NCBI GenBank assembly: GCA_963695875.1
Contig: CAVOID010000004.1
Span: forward strand, 64,001 to 128,000
Source of the DNA: an uncultured delta proteobacterium
GTDB taxonomy: Bacteria; Desulfobacterota; Syntrophia; Syntrophales; UBA2185
Length of the DNA stretch: 64,000 bases
Reading direction: 5' to 3'
Below, piece by piece: positions 10,340 through 21,512 of this stretch (positions are counted from its first letter, which is position 1; the number at the start of each line of letters is the position of its first letter). The position numbers and the translations under genes were made by a program. A model generated the notes under the pieces. It had not been told where the DNA came from and made no database searches. It saw only the letters and a program-made list of their open reading frames with translations.

Positions 10340-11653
10340 ATGACCGGTATAAGATTCAGAACCATGCCGAGAACATCTGCGTCAAATAATCAGGCAAGTT
10401 CTAAATTCATGCTGCGGGCGTTACATCATAAAAATTATCGTCTCTTTTTTGGTGGTCAGAGCATCTCCTTAATTGGAACGTGGATGCAACAAATCGCCAT
10501 GAGTTGGCTGGTTTACAGAATCACCAATTCCGCATTACTCTTGGGTATTGTGGGTTTCTCAAGTCAGATCCCTATCTTTCTCTTAGCATCTGTTGCCGGT
10601 GTGTATGCAGACAGATGGAATCGTCACCGTATGCTGGTTGTGACTCAGACACTGTCCATGATCCAGGCCTTGACCCTTGCTTTTCTTACCCTGACCGGAA
10701 ACATAGAGGTGTGGCATATAATTGTCTTAAGTACCTGCCTGGGCATAGTCAACGCCTTCGATATGCCTACGCGGCAGTCTTTTTTTGTGGAACTGGTCTC
10801 GAAGTCTGAGGACCTGGGGAATGCCATTGCCCTTAATTCATTTACGTTCAACGCAGCGAGACTCGTGGGACCGTCCATTGCAGGTATACTCATCGGCTAT
10901 CTGGGCGAGGGCTTCTGTTTCTTAATAAACGGCATTAGTTTTATCGGTATCATCATCGCACTCCTGGCAATTAATGTTCCAAAGAGAGAAAAGGTCCTGA
11001 GAATGTCCCATGTGTGGCAGGATTTGAAAGAGGGATATTCCTATGCCTTTGGCTTTGCACCGATACGTTATATTCTTCTCCAACTCGGATTGATGAGTTT
11101 CATGGGAATGTCCTATGCAGTCCTCATGCCCATCTTTGCGAGAGACATCCTTCACGGTGGACCTCATACACTGGGATTCTTGATGGCGGCATCGGGTGTC
11201 GGCGCCCTAGTCGGCTCCATCTACCTGGCGTCGCGGCGGACAATTCTGGGATTGGGACGGATCATCGCCTCTGCGTCTGCTGTTTTCGGTATGGGAATCA
11301 TGTTTTTTTCGCTCTCAAAAGCATTCATCATTTCTCTCTGTCTGCTTTTTATCGCCGGGTTCGGGCTGATGGTGCAAATTGTGTCGAGCAACACCATTCT
11401 GCAGAGTATTGTCGAAGAGGATAAGCGCGGTCGCATTATGAGCATCTACGCAATAGCACTTATCGGCATGGCGCCATTTGGCAGCCTCTTTGCGGGTCTA
11501 CTTGCATCCTGGATTGGGGCTCCCGATACGATTATTATAAGTGGTACAGCCTGCATCATCGGCTCGCTGCTCTTTGCTATGATGCTCCCGGAAATAAGAA
11601 AAAAGGTCCGTCCCATTTACATCAAGATGGGAATCATCTCTGAGCTTGAATGA
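10340..11653 (+). CDS. MFS transporter (start may be a downstream Met)
   Basis: ALHHKNYRLFFGGQSISLIGTWMQ, G..ADRWNR and RGRIMS; about 12 hydrophobic segments. Confidence 0.9.
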   Translation: MTGIRFRTMPRTSASNNQASSKFMLRALHHKNYRLFFGGQSISLIGTWMQQIAMSWLVYRITNSALLLGIVGFSSQIPIFLLASVAGVYADRWNRHRMLVVTQTLSMIQALTLAFLTLTGNIEVWHIIVLSTCLGIVNAFDMPTRQSFFVELVSKSEDLGNAIALNSFTFNAARLVGPSIAGILIGYLGEGFCFLINGISFIGIIIALLAINVPKREKVLRMSHVWQDLKEGYSYAFGFAPIRYILLQLGLMSFMGMSYAVLMPIFARDILHGGPHTLGFLMAASGVGALVGSIYLASRRTILGLGRIIASASAVFGMGIMFFSLSKAFIISLCLLFIAGFGLMVQIVSSNTILQSIVEEDKRGRIMSIYAIALIGMAPFGSLFAGLLASWIGAPDTIIISGTACIIGSLLFAMMLPEIRKKVRPIYIKMGIISELE

Positions 11654-11754
11654 TAAAGACATATAGAAACTTGGAATCAAAAAACATTGGATATTTCATA
11701 TGAACTGTATTATACAAAAATGTATATTAGCTTTTAAATGCCAATGAGGTGTGT

Positions 11755-13059
11755 ATGAGGTTTGATATTGCGAAAAGCGGCAGTGGTCTGGTGTATGAAA
11801 TACGACAGATCGTCAATGTGGCCAATAAGCTGAAAGAGTATGGCGTAGAAGTGACGTGGGAAAATATCGGTGACCCTATACATAAAGGTGAAAAAATACC
11901 TGACTGGATGAAAGAAGTCCTTATTGAAATTCTCAGGGATGATCATTCTTATGGTTATTGCCCCACCAAAGGCGTGGATGAAACCCGCGCGTTCCTCGCG
12001 GACCGTGTGAACAAAATGGGGAAGGCACAGATAACCCCTGACGATATCGTTTTTTTTAACGGTCTTGGTGATGCGATAGCCCGGGCATACAGTTCTATAC
12101 GAGTTGATGCACGAATCATCATGCCTGAGCCGACGTATTCTACCCATCTCCTGGCGGAAGTTCTTCATGCCTCCTTTCCGCCCAATACTTACCGGATGAA
12201 TCCTTATCGGGACTGGTCTCCGGACATCCGTGAACTCGAACAGAAAGTGAGGAGCTATAGATCAATCGTCGGTATCCTGGTTATCAATCCGGACAATCCA
12301 ACCGGCTTTGTTCATTCCCCGGAAACACTCAAACAGATTGTGGATATTGCCAGGGAGTATAACCTCTTCCTGATTTTTGATGAGACGTATATCAATATCG
12401 TCTATAACGGGAAAAAAACGGTCAATCTGGCGGATATCATCGAAGATGTGCCCGGCATCAGCATGAAGGGCATCTCCAAGGAATTCCCCTGGCCCGGTTC
12501 GCGGTGCGGCTGGATGGAAGTGTATAATATTCATAAAGACGAGAAGTTCAAAGACTACATCGACACCATAGTGAACCAGAAGATGTCGGAGGTCTGTTCC
12601 ACAACGCTGCCGCAGATGGCGATTCCGAAAATCATGACCCATCCGGAGTATCAGAAATACCTGGATGATCGTATCCGCCATTACGAAAGACTTTCCAACA
12701 TCGCATACAATAGTCTCAAGGATGTTCCCTATCTCATTGTGAACAGGAGTAACGGCGCGTTCTACATGTCGGTGGTTTTTAATGAGGCTTCACTCAACGA
12801 CAGGCAGACGCTGCATATTGAACAGCCCGAGATCAGGCAATATGTTGAAAAACTGACATCCGAAAGGATAGAATTTGATAAACGCTTTGTTTATTACCTT
12901 TTGGGTTCCACGGGAATCTGCGTTGTCCCGCTGACTTCTTTCTTCACTTCCGTGCCAGGTTTCAGGATGACCCTGCTCGATAGGGACGCGGATAAGTTTG
13001 AATATGTCATGAAAACACTTGCCGAGAAAACCGTCGAATACATCGAGTCTGCACATTGA
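11755..13059 (+). CDS. PLP-dependent aminotransferase class I/II
   Basis: NIGDP, INPDNPTG, DETY and SKEFPWPGSRCGW (PLP lysine). Confidence 0.9.
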   Translation: MRFDIAKSGSGLVYEIRQIVNVANKLKEYGVEVTWENIGDPIHKGEKIPDWMKEVLIEILRDDHSYGYCPTKGVDETRAFLADRVNKMGKAQITPDDIVFFNGLGDAIARAYSSIRVDARIIMPEPTYSTHLLAEVLHASFPPNTYRMNPYRDWSPDIRELEQKVRSYRSIVGILVINPDNPTGFVHSPETLKQIVDIAREYNLFLIFDETYINIVYNGKKTVNLADIIEDVPGISMKGISKEFPWPGSRCGWMEVYNIHKDEKFKDYIDTIVNQKMSEVCSTTLPQMAIPKIMTHPEYQKYLDDRIRHYERLSNIAYNSLKDVPYLIVNRSNGAFYMSVVFNEASLNDRQTLHIEQPEIRQYVEKLTSERIEFDKRFVYYLLGSTGICVVPLTSFFTSVPGFRMTLLDRDADKFEYVMKTLAEKTVEYIESAH

Positions 13060-13175
13060 GGGGCTGACAAGCAACAGTTATTCCTTGACAGCCGCTGATC
13101 CCTTTCTACGATAAAGACAAGCCACTGAGTGCCTCTATCGGTTTCATAAATTTTTCTAGTTAAATTCCTTGCATA

Positions 13176-13967
13176 TTACTTGATCAGGCGCCGGTGCATT
13201 TTGTGGATTGCCAGGGGGAAAAAGATAAGGCAAGAAATCACAAAATAGCAGAGCCCCGGCAGGAGCGACGTATCCAATATGCCGAGGCTCAAAGACCTTG
13301 TGAGATTTACTATATGTGTCAATGGTAGAAGGATGGCAACGTGCTGAGCCCACCCGGGCAGAGTCTCGATGGGGAAAAATGTCCCGCTGAAGAGAAACAT
13401 TGGAGTGATGAAAAGAAATACCGGCAGGTTGAACAGTTCTATATTGCCCACAATTGCCGTGAAGATCATGCCGATTGAACCGAAGACAATTCCCCCGACA
13501 AAGGCCAGAGGTATGATCAAAAGGCCCTCGGGGTAACGGATCAGGCCGAATAAACTGATGACCGCAAGCATGATTACAGTGGCAATAACCGATTTAGTGG
13601 CTCCCCAGACAATTTCTCCTGTAATAATTTCTTGAAGAGACAGTGGTGTTGCCATCATGGCATCGAATGTTTTCTGATAATACATGCGCACAAATGAGGC
13701 GTAGGTATTTTCAAAGAAGGCGTTATTCATGATATTGATGGCAATCAGGGCGGGAGCTATGAAAACGAGGTAAGATATTTCAGAGCCTTCGTAATTAACG
13801 GTTCCGACGAGGGCGCTCATGCCCACTCCGAAGGCAAGCAAATAGAAGAATGGTTCGAGGGCGGGAGGGACAAAACTGATCTTCCAATTTTCCCGGTATA
13901 CAATCAAGTTTCTCTGCCAGACCCGCAAAAACCTTATTGATATATTAATTGGCATGATGAAGTTCAT
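13176..13967 (-). CDS. ABC-2 type exporter permease (NodJ-like)
   Basis: Hydrophobic; PMFLFSGTFFP...LP motif; overlaps the ATPase gene. Confidence 0.9.
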   Translation of the reverse strand: MNFIMPINISIRFLRVWQRNLIVYRENWKISFVPPALEPFFYLLAFGVGMSALVGTVNYEGSEISYLVFIAPALIAINIMNNAFFENTYASFVRMYYQKTFDAMMATPLSLQEIITGEIVWGATKSVIATVIMLAVISLFGLIRYPEGLLIIPLAFVGGIVFGSIGMIFTAIVGNIELFNLPVFLFITPMFLFSGTFFPIETLPGWAQHVAILLPLTHIVNLTRSLSLGILDTSLLPGLCYFVISCLIFFPLAIHKMHRRLIK

Positions 13968-14914
13968 TCCCTGAGATCCCTACCTGTCAGTTTTAAGAAG
14001 ACGTCTTCCAGAGACGCCATGCGCATTACACACCCTTCCCTGCAATAGTCCTTGCTGATCTCGCGGAACAGCGCATTCCCGTCGTCGACATATATGATCA
14101 TCCGGTGGCCAAGGTCCTCATGTAGCAGGTTCCGCGATAGAATAAGCGATCTCAACCCATTACTCGGCTCAGCTATTTCAATAACATCGCGACCCGCATA
14201 TTGCCGGACCAACTCAAGTGGTTTTCCCTCTACAAGAATACGTCCGTGATCCATGATGATGAGCCTGTCACAGAGCCGGGCAGCTTCGTCCATGTTATGG
14301 GTCGTAAGGAGAATAGAGAGTCCTTTCGCCTGCAGTTGTCCCAGGCGTTCCCATACAAGATGTCGGGACTGAGGATCCAGCCCCGTTGTCGGCTCATCCA
14401 GAATCAAGATCTCCGGCCGGTTGATAAGGGCGCGTGCGAGAACCAGGCGCCGCATCATGCCCCCGGACAGTTCTGTCGCCCTTGCGTCTTTCCGGTGATC
14501 GAGGGCTATAAACTTTAGGAGCTGCTGAGCCTGCCTGCGCGCCTCTCCAGGGGGCATATCAAAGTATCGGGCAAAAACCTCCAGATTCTGCTGAACTCTA
14601 AGGTCAGGATCCAGGGTATTTTCCTGCTGGCACACGCCGATCCTGGATTTTATCTGACGGGCTTCTTGTGTGATATCGAGACCGAAGACCTCAAGGGTAC
14701 CGCCAGTCATAGGTGAAAAGCCGTAGATCATCCGTATGGTTGATGTCTTTCCGGCGCCATTGGGCCCGAGGATTCCAAAGCATTCTCCCGGATATACTCT
14801 GAAAGAAACATTATCGACAGCTACCAGATCACCAAAGGTTTTTCTCAGACTTTTCGCCTCTATAATCGGGTTCACCGGTAATTTCTCAACGTCATTTATT
14901 TGTGTGCCATTCAT
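13964..14914 (-). CDS. ABC exporter ATP-binding protein (NodI-like)
   Basis: GPNGAGKT, LSGGM, LDEPTTGLDP and LEDVFLKLTG motifs. Confidence 0.92.
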   Translation of the reverse strand: MNGTQINDVEKLPVNPIIEAKSLRKTFGDLVAVDNVSFRVYPGECFGILGPNGAGKTSTIRMIYGFSPMTGGTLEVFGLDITQEARQIKSRIGVCQQENTLDPDLRVQQNLEVFARYFDMPPGEARRQAQQLLKFIALDHRKDARATELSGGMMRRLVLARALINRPEILILDEPTTGLDPQSRHLVWERLGQLQAKGLSILLTTHNMDEAARLCDRLIIMDHGRILVEGKPLELVRQYAGRDVIEIAEPSNGLRSLILSRNLLHEDLGHRMIIYVDDGNALFREISKDYCREGCVMRMASLEDVFLKLTGRDLRE

Positions 14915-15102
14915 TGGCTGCTACCTTTTCTCAATAACTGCATTCAATCCATATAACTTTCCGTTTGTCAGTTAAATGAATTGTAAGAATTTATTGAATA
15001 TGTTACTTATTCTTATATCAGATAAGGATTCGTCTTTAAATATAATTTAGTAAGGAATTCATCTAATCGTATATCCTTAAATAACATGTGAGGCAAATTA
15101 AA

Positions 15103-15658
15103 ATGACTGACATAATTGAGGAAACACTGTCGAAATATAACAAAGGGCTGGTTTTTGTTTACACCGGGAACGGCAAAGGCAAAACAACTGCTGCAATGGG
15201 GCAGGTATTACGGGCGGTGGGACACGGTTTGAAGGTGATGGTAATTCAATTTATGAAGGGGAAAAAATACGGCGAGGTAATAGCTGCCGAGAAATTTCTT
15301 CCCAGGTGTAACGATTTGTCCATGCGGTCTCGACAGTTTTGTGATGAGGGGGAACCCTGCTCCTGTTGATATTGAACTTGCTCAACAGGGGTTGAACATG
15401 GCGAGGAAAGCCCTGTCTTCCGGGGAATATAACATGGTTGTTCTTGATGAAATCAATGTTGCCCTTGACTTTGGATTGATTTCTGTAAGTGATGTGGTGG
15501 AAATGATAAAAAGCAGATCAACAAATGTAGACGTGGTCATGACGGGAAGATATGCTCCTCCGGAAATTATCGAAATTGCCGACACGGTCAGTGAGGTAAA
15601 CGAGGTTAAACATCATTACTCGACAGGGTTAAAGGAGAGAGCCGGCATAGAATATTGA
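15103..15658 (+). CDS. cobO: Cob(I)yrinic acid a,c-diamide adenosyltransferase (frameshift near 15305)
   Basis: YTGNGKGKTTAA, QFMKG, LDEI, TGR.AP and KH......RAGIEY across two frames. Confidence 0.9.
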
Positions 15659-15782
15659 CGACTTCGTAAAAAGCTTCATATGCTACGTTGCGCTGCATCC
15701 CTCGTCATTCAACGTACTTCTATGTACGCCTCATTCCTCGTGATTTGCGCGCCTTGCCTCTGCAGCTTTTTACGAAGCCGTC
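15657..15782. mobile_element. 126-bp MITE
   Basis: TIRs GACGACTTCGTAAAAAGC / GCTTTTTACGAAGCCGTC; the left end overlaps the cobO stop codon. Confidence 0.85.
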
Positions 15783-15876
15783 TACTTCTCACTCGGGTTA
15801 TTGTTATTATGAAATTAATTGGTATCAGCTTAGTGAGTTGAATGTGAGAAGCAGGAATTAAAATCAAAGGGAGCGG

Positions 15877-17070
15877 ATGAAGAAGACCCCGAAAGAAGAG
15901 CTGTACAGGCGTGTCCAAGCCTTACAAAGCCGCATGGAATCAGCAAATATAGATGGCGCTCTGATCGTCCAGAATGCCGACCTTTTCTATTTCACCGGAA
16001 CTGTACAGCAAGCGTATCTGTTTATACCGCCTGCGGGCCCCCCGCTTTTTTTTGTTCGTAAGAATATAAACCGTGTCAGGAATGAATCCGAGCTGGATTT
16101 TATCATACCTGTCGGTAGCCTCAGGGAATTGCCCGGGCTTTTGGCAGATCATGGCTATCCGCGAACTAACAGGCTCGGGATGGAGCTCGATGTATTGCCT
16201 GTAAACCTTTACTTCCGGTATTTTGATACCATAAAGCCAACGGAGATTATAGATATATGGCCTTCTGTCCAGGCCGTCAGGGCGGTAAAGTCCGGCTACG
16301 AGATAGATCTTATGAAGGAAGTGGCCGCACTATCAGACTTTATGGTCGATACAGGCCGGGAGAATCTTCGCGAAGGCCTGACTGATATAGAACTCTCGTC
16401 CATAGTTGAAGGTGCGGCGCGTGCCCGCGGTCATCAGGGCTTCGTACGCACGCGGGCGTTCAATCAAGAAGTTTACTGGGGACATCTGATATCCGGTCCT
16501 GATGCAGCCGATCCGGCATTTGTCGATGGCACCACCGGCGGACATGGACTGAGCAACGCCTTCCCACAGGGGGCCGGGCGGCGATCTATCGGGCGGTATG
16601 AACCGGTCATTTTTGATCTCTGTGCGTGTATGTATGGCTACTGCGCGGATCAAACGCGTACGCTCAGTATTGGGTCACTTCCCGACAAACTTGATAGTGC
16701 CTACAAGGTTGCTTTAGAAATCCAGCAAAAAGTGGAGAAAAGGATTCAATGCGGTGTTTCACTTGATGAGCTGTTTTCGAAGGCACAAAATATAGCCGAA
16801 TCCCACCGTTTGGGTGAACATTTCATGGGTTATGGAAAACAGCGAATTGGCTACTGCGGCCACGGAATTGGTCTGGAGCTGGACGAGTTTCCGGTGATCA
16901 GGAAAGGAGATAAAGCGCTTCTATCTTCTGGAATGGTCATTGCTCTGGAACCGAAGTTTCATTTTCCGAATGAAGGAGTGGTTGGTGTTGAGGATACCTT
17001 TGTCGTCATGGATAAGGGAAGTCAGAAGTTGACCAGTGCGGACTATGTTGTTGATGTTACCCAAGGATAA
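15877..17070 (+). CDS. Xaa-Pro peptidase family (M24) protein
   Basis: Creatinase-like N-terminus; D...DQTRT, GHGIGLE.DE, LEPK and GVED metal ligands. Confidence 0.9.
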   Translation: MKKTPKEELYRRVQALQSRMESANIDGALIVQNADLFYFTGTVQQAYLFIPPAGPPLFFVRKNINRVRNESELDFIIPVGSLRELPGLLADHGYPRTNRLGMELDVLPVNLYFRYFDTIKPTEIIDIWPSVQAVRAVKSGYEIDLMKEVAALSDFMVDTGRENLREGLTDIELSSIVEGAARARGHQGFVRTRAFNQEVYWGHLISGPDAADPAFVDGTTGGHGLSNAFPQGAGRRSIGRYEPVIFDLCACMYGYCADQTRTLSIGSLPDKLDSAYKVALEIQQKVEKRIQCGVSLDELFSKAQNIAESHRLGEHFMGYGKQRIGYCGHGIGLELDEFPVIRKGDKALLSSGMVIALEPKFHFPNEGVVGVEDTFVVMDKGSQKLTSADYVVDVTQG

Positions 17071-17076
17071 ATTCCC

Positions 17077-17649
17077 GTGATTAGGAATAATGAAAAAGAA
17101 CTGGATAAGATTATCTCACTGCTGAAGGCGCGAGGGGCTTCAGTTGTTGCGCTGGTAAATATAGCTGATATCATTGTCGATGAACGGGTTCGCCTGAAAT
17201 GCCGGGTTCCCGTGTGCGACAGCTATAATAGAAACCTCATGTGCCCGCCCTATGTGCCGTCTGTTACGGAATTTCGCGAAGCTTTAAAAAAATATGATCA
17301 AGCGATCCTTCTTCAGGTTTCTGCTGAACTGGATGGAATATATGAAAACGCTCCTGCTGAAGAAGTCTTTCTTCCTGCCAGGAAACTTCACGAGCTGGTT
17401 AATTTAGGCGAGAAAGAGGCATTTACGGCGGGATTCCGTTTTGCCGCCGGCTTTATCGGGGGCTGCTGCCGTTTGTGCGACGAGTGCGTCGCCGTGCATG
17501 GCGGCAATGCTTGCCGGTTTCCCTTCAAGGCCCGGCCTTCCATGGAGGCCATGGGTATTGATGTAGTGGCTACTGCGGAAAAGACGGGTTTGCCGTTGTC
17601 CTTTCCCATCAGAAATCGGGTGACATGGACGGGCCTCATATTAATTTAA
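17077..17649 (+). CDS. DUF2284-type predicted metal-binding protein
   Basis: KC..P.C..Y...MCPP...G.C.LC..C...C..P..ARPSMEAMGIDV. Confidence 0.85.
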   Translation: MIRNNEKELDKIISLLKARGASVVALVNIADIIVDERVRLKCRVPVCDSYNRNLMCPPYVPSVTEFREALKKYDQAILLQVSAELDGIYENAPAEEVFLPARKLHELVNLGEKEAFTAGFRFAAGFIGGCCRLCDECVAVHGGNACRFPFKARPSMEAMGIDVVATAEKTGLPLSFPIRNRVTWTGLILI

Positions 17650-17702
17650 AGTGGTATGTAATAAAAAATCGGGCACCATTTCATAACTTGAGGATTTGAA
17701 GA

Positions 17703-19313
17703 ATGAAGATAAAATTCATGGGAGCGGCAAGGACGGTAACAGGTTCCTGCTACATTATCGAAACTAATGGTCACCGATTCGCCGTGGACTGTGGAATGCA
17801 CCAGGGTAACGCGGAAATTGAAAAAAGAAATTGGGATGTTGATATTTATCAGCCTGAAAAAATAGATTTTTTCCTCATTACCCATGCGCACATTGACCAT
17901 TCTGGCCTTCTGCCACGGATGGTTCAGAAGGGATTCAACGGTAAGATATATACGACTGTGCCGACCAGGGATTTAGTGAAGATATTACTGCTCGACAGTG
18001 CCCATATACAGGAAATGGAGGCGCAGTGGAAAAACAAGAAGCATCTTCGTTCCGGAGACAATAGAATCAAACCTCTGTACACACAGAAAGATGCGGAAGC
18101 CACATTCCCGATGTTCGATGTGGTTTCGTACAATGAAGTTCTTGAGCCTTTCCCCGGTGCTTAAAGCAACTTTTAAAGATGCAGGGCACATCCTCGGGGC
18201 TTCCCTGATCGAACTCCGGATTGAAGAAAATGGAGTTCCGGTCAAGCTGGTTTTTTCTGGAGATATCGGCCGTCCCGCCCAGTTGATGATGGAGGACCCG
18301 AGTGTTGTCAATGCCGCTGATTTCCTCTTTTTGGAATCAACATATGGTGACCGTGATCATAAGAACGAGGATGACAGCCTTAATGAGCTGGCAGAGGCCA
18401 TAGCATACAGTTACGGCAATAAAGAGAAAGTGATTATCCCTGCCTTTGCCGTGGAGAGGACACAGGAGATAATGTATTGTCTGTATCTTCTGAACAAAGA
18501 TGGAAGGCTGCCTGCGGATATGCCTGTGTATCTGGACAGCCCTTTGGCCATCCAGGCTACGGAGATATTTCCGCCACCACACGGCGTACCTCGATGAAGA
18601 AACCAGAGAATTGATAAAGAAAGGAGAGGATCCTCTGTACCTGCCGCAATTACATTTTACCCCGACCACGGATGAGTCCATGGCCATCAATAACTTTTCC
18701 GGGCCGGCAATTGTTATTTCTGCCAGCGGCATGGCAGATGCGGGAAGGATAAAACATCATCTGCGGCATAACATCTGGCGGGAAGGGGCCAGTATTGTAT
18801 TTGTCGGTTTCCAGGCCCAGGGGACGACGGGTCGTAAGATTGTTGATGGCGCAAAGAAAATTCGTCTTTTTAATGAAGAGATTGCCGTAAAAGCCAGGGT
18901 GTTTACGATAAACGGATTTTCTGCCCATGCAGGCCAAAGCCAGATTCTGCAGTGGTTGAGTCATTTTCAAACTCGTGACATGCAGGTATTCCTTATACAT
19001 GGGGAATATTCAGCCCAGCAGGTGCTTGCGGGTCTGATTAAGGAACGATTCGGTTTCAAGGTGCTGATACCGGAATATCTGGAGGAAACAACCCTCGAAC
19101 CGGGACAGGTACTCAAACGGGTAGAGTATCCGGAAAAAGCGGTTCCCCGTCATTGATTGGAATTATATTTTTGAAGATATAGGCGCCAGGTTTGCACGCC
19201 TTAAAGAACGGAGGTCTCAGATGGAATCAAAGCCGTGGGTGGAGCAGACAGAGCTCAGAGACCGGCTCCTTGAACTGGATCGCGTTCTGATGGAAATCAA
19301 TTCTGAAATCTAA
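17703..19313 (+). CDS. MBL-fold/beta-CASP metallo-hydrolase (several frameshifts)
   Basis: GAARTVTGSC, THAHIDHSG, AGHILG, ESTYG, ISASGM, FSAHAG and IHGE across frames; ends DRLLELDRVLMEINSEI*. Confidence 0.88.
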
Positions 19314-19402
19314 CGGCTGTTACGGTCCCATCGCGCAGGCGGGGGACAGGAAGGCTCCTGCTGCGTTACGCTTCATCCTTCCCCGTGTCAAGTGCTGGTA
19401 GG

Positions 19403-19959
19403 CTATTCGGTGAATTTATATTGGAATCTTGCCACAATGTTCAATTGTGAAAGCTGAAATTCCTGGGGCAAAGGATCATAGGGTGCAGCCGATCTGACAA
19501 CGTCGAGAGATCCCTGGTCAAGGTAGTTGGATCCTGATGATTCAACGATTCCACTTGCCAGGATGGCTCCACTTTCGCTGATTGAAAATTTAACTATGGC
19601 GGTTCCTTCTTCTTCTCTGTTCTAAGGCGGCTTGGGGATATATCCATATAACATCGATTTTTCTCTTTATTTTTTTTAGGTAAGGCATGTATTTAACGTC
19701 AGCACTGCCAAGGTCGACTGTATCTTCCCGTTTCATCTTGTGATTATTGACATTTTCTTCGTCCTGATGGTAGGGCTTGGTTTCCTTTTTTTCTTCCTGG
19801 TTTTTTTCCGTGTCTGCCTTTGGTTCTTTCAAGGAAATGGTTAAGACTTCCTCCTTGCTGGACTTTCCCGCGCCAGTCTGCAAAGCCTGTCAGATATAAT
19901 ACAAGCACATGACTGGTAAGGGAAATCAGTATGGATATGATCAGGATTTTTTTTGACAT
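19403..19959 (-). CDS. TonB-family energy transducer-like protein (frameshifted)
   Basis: N-terminal anchor SLTSHVLVL; YLKKIKRKI...W.YP..A; C-terminal VRSAAPYDPLP...ARFQY. Confidence 0.7.
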
Positions 19960-20071
19960 CAGGCAATATCTCTCTTTAGACGCTGAATCATACGTCAGTG
20001 AGGAGATAAAAATCAACTTTTATGATAGATGTATCTAACCTTAGATATATATCGGTCAGAGTTGGTGATTT

Positions 20072-20546
20072 ATGAAATATCATGACGAAAAATTTATAGA
20101 CCTTGCCCTTGAAGAAGCTCTCTTGGCCTTCTCGAAAGGGGAAATTCCTGTCGGTGCTGTGATCACTCTTGGAGATGAGATCTTGGTAAAATCACACAAC
20201 AGTCCTATTTCGATGGGGGACCCTTCCGCTCATGCAGAAATTCTTGCAATTCGTAAAGCTGCGGCGAAGGTTGGCAATTACCGCCTTGTAGGTACAACCC
20301 TGTATGTGACATTGGAACCCTGTATCATGTGTGCGGGAGCTATCATGCAGTCACGTATACAGAGAGTCGTATTTGGTGCGGACGACCCTAAAGGTGGCGG
20401 GGTTGTCGTCACTATACAGGATACTGCATGATAAAAGATTGAATCATTCTGTGGAAGTAACAGGTGGTGTAAAGAAAGATGCCTGCGCCGAAATTTTGAG
20501 TAGATTTTTCCGTGAAAAGAGGATAGCCTCAAAAGTTAATTCGTAG
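20072..20546 (+). CDS. tadA: tRNA adenosine deaminase (frameshift near 20405)
   Basis: GEIPVGAV, DPSAHAE and LYVTLEPCIMCAGA motifs; usual position before tRNA-Ser/ffs/dnaX. Confidence 0.92.
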
Positions 20547-20562
20547 TCATAAGTAATTTTGC

Positions 20563-20656
20563 GGAGAGATACCGAAGTGGTCATAACGGGATCGACTCGA
20601 AATCGATTTGGGGGCCAAAAGCTCTCACGGGGGTTCGAATCCCCCTCTCTCCGCCA
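20563..20656 (+). tRNA. tRNA-Ser(CGA)
   Basis: GGAGAG acceptor stem, ATCGA-CT-CGA-AA-TCGAT anticodon arm, long variable arm, GGTTCGAATCC and encoded CCA. Confidence 0.95.
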
Positions 20657-20735
20657 GGAAGAGGGATCAAGGATTAGGGGACAGGGTGGGCCATAAGGAA
20701 TTTATTGATCCCTGTTCCCTATCCCCCGAATGAAT

Positions 20736-20829
<94 letters not shown>

Positions 20830-20905
20830 GTATTAAGGTATAGGAGAAGGGAATAGGGATAAGTAAGAATTTTTTCTGACTCCCGATCTCTGTTCCCAAA
20901 GATCT

Positions 20906-21007
20906 GATAGCCGGGTCCCGTGCAACGGAGGGTTGTAAACCCCGCCAGGTCCGGAAGGAAGCAACGGTAGCAATTACCGACGTGTGCTGCGGGTAAACCT
21001 GGCTATC
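20906..21007 (+). ncRNA. ffs: Signal recognition particle RNA (4.5S)
   Basis: Domain IV CCAGGTCCGGAAGGAAGCAACGG; closing stem GATAGCCGGG/CCTGGCTATC; upstream of dnaX. Confidence 0.93.
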
Positions 21008-21015
21008 TCAATGAG

Positions 21016-21238
21016 ACTTGGCCTTTCTCAAGGTAACACCACAGAGAAAGGCCATAGTCGAACTGACCCTGAGCCCGAAGGGTCTTGGGTCCAATTGAAT
21101 GGTACTTGGCCTTTCTCAAGGCAACGCCGCAGGAAAGGGCCATAGTCGAACTGACCCTGAGCCCGAAGGGTCTTGGGTCCAATTGAATGGTACTTGGCCT
21201 TTCTCAAGGCAACGCCGCAGGAAAAGGCCATAGTCGAA
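21016..21238. repeat. Tandem repeat, 88-bp period, about 2.5 copies
   Basis: ACTTGGCCTTTCTCAAGG starts at 21016, 21104 and 21192. Confidence 0.95.
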
Positions 21239-21356
21239 TTGAATCCGGTAGCGAGCGCATTCCCCGTAGCTTGCTGTGGGGTAAGCGAGCGAATGGGGAA
21301 CATTATTTCCTTGTGGATCGAAGATTCTCCGCAGGTTACTGCGGAGAGCTTCAATT
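21237..21356. repeat. ~120-bp palindromic repeat (MITE/REP-like), copy 2
   Basis: Matches 2478-2596; bounded by the inverted ends AATTGAA...TTCAATT. Confidence 0.9.
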
Positions 21357-21512
21357 ATTAATTCTCGCTTAGAGTTTAGAGAATTCCTACTTTGTGATTT
21401 CGACCAAAGGTAGAAATCTTAACTGAGTAACTAATAAGATTCCTCGTCGCTTCGCCCATCGGGATGACATAATAACCCATATTTTTAAAGCATTCATTTA
21501 AATGGAGCAAGA

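Noticed and set aside
21016..21238. CRISPR array
   Set aside because: The whole 88-bp unit repeats with no unique spacers, and there are no cas genes in the window.
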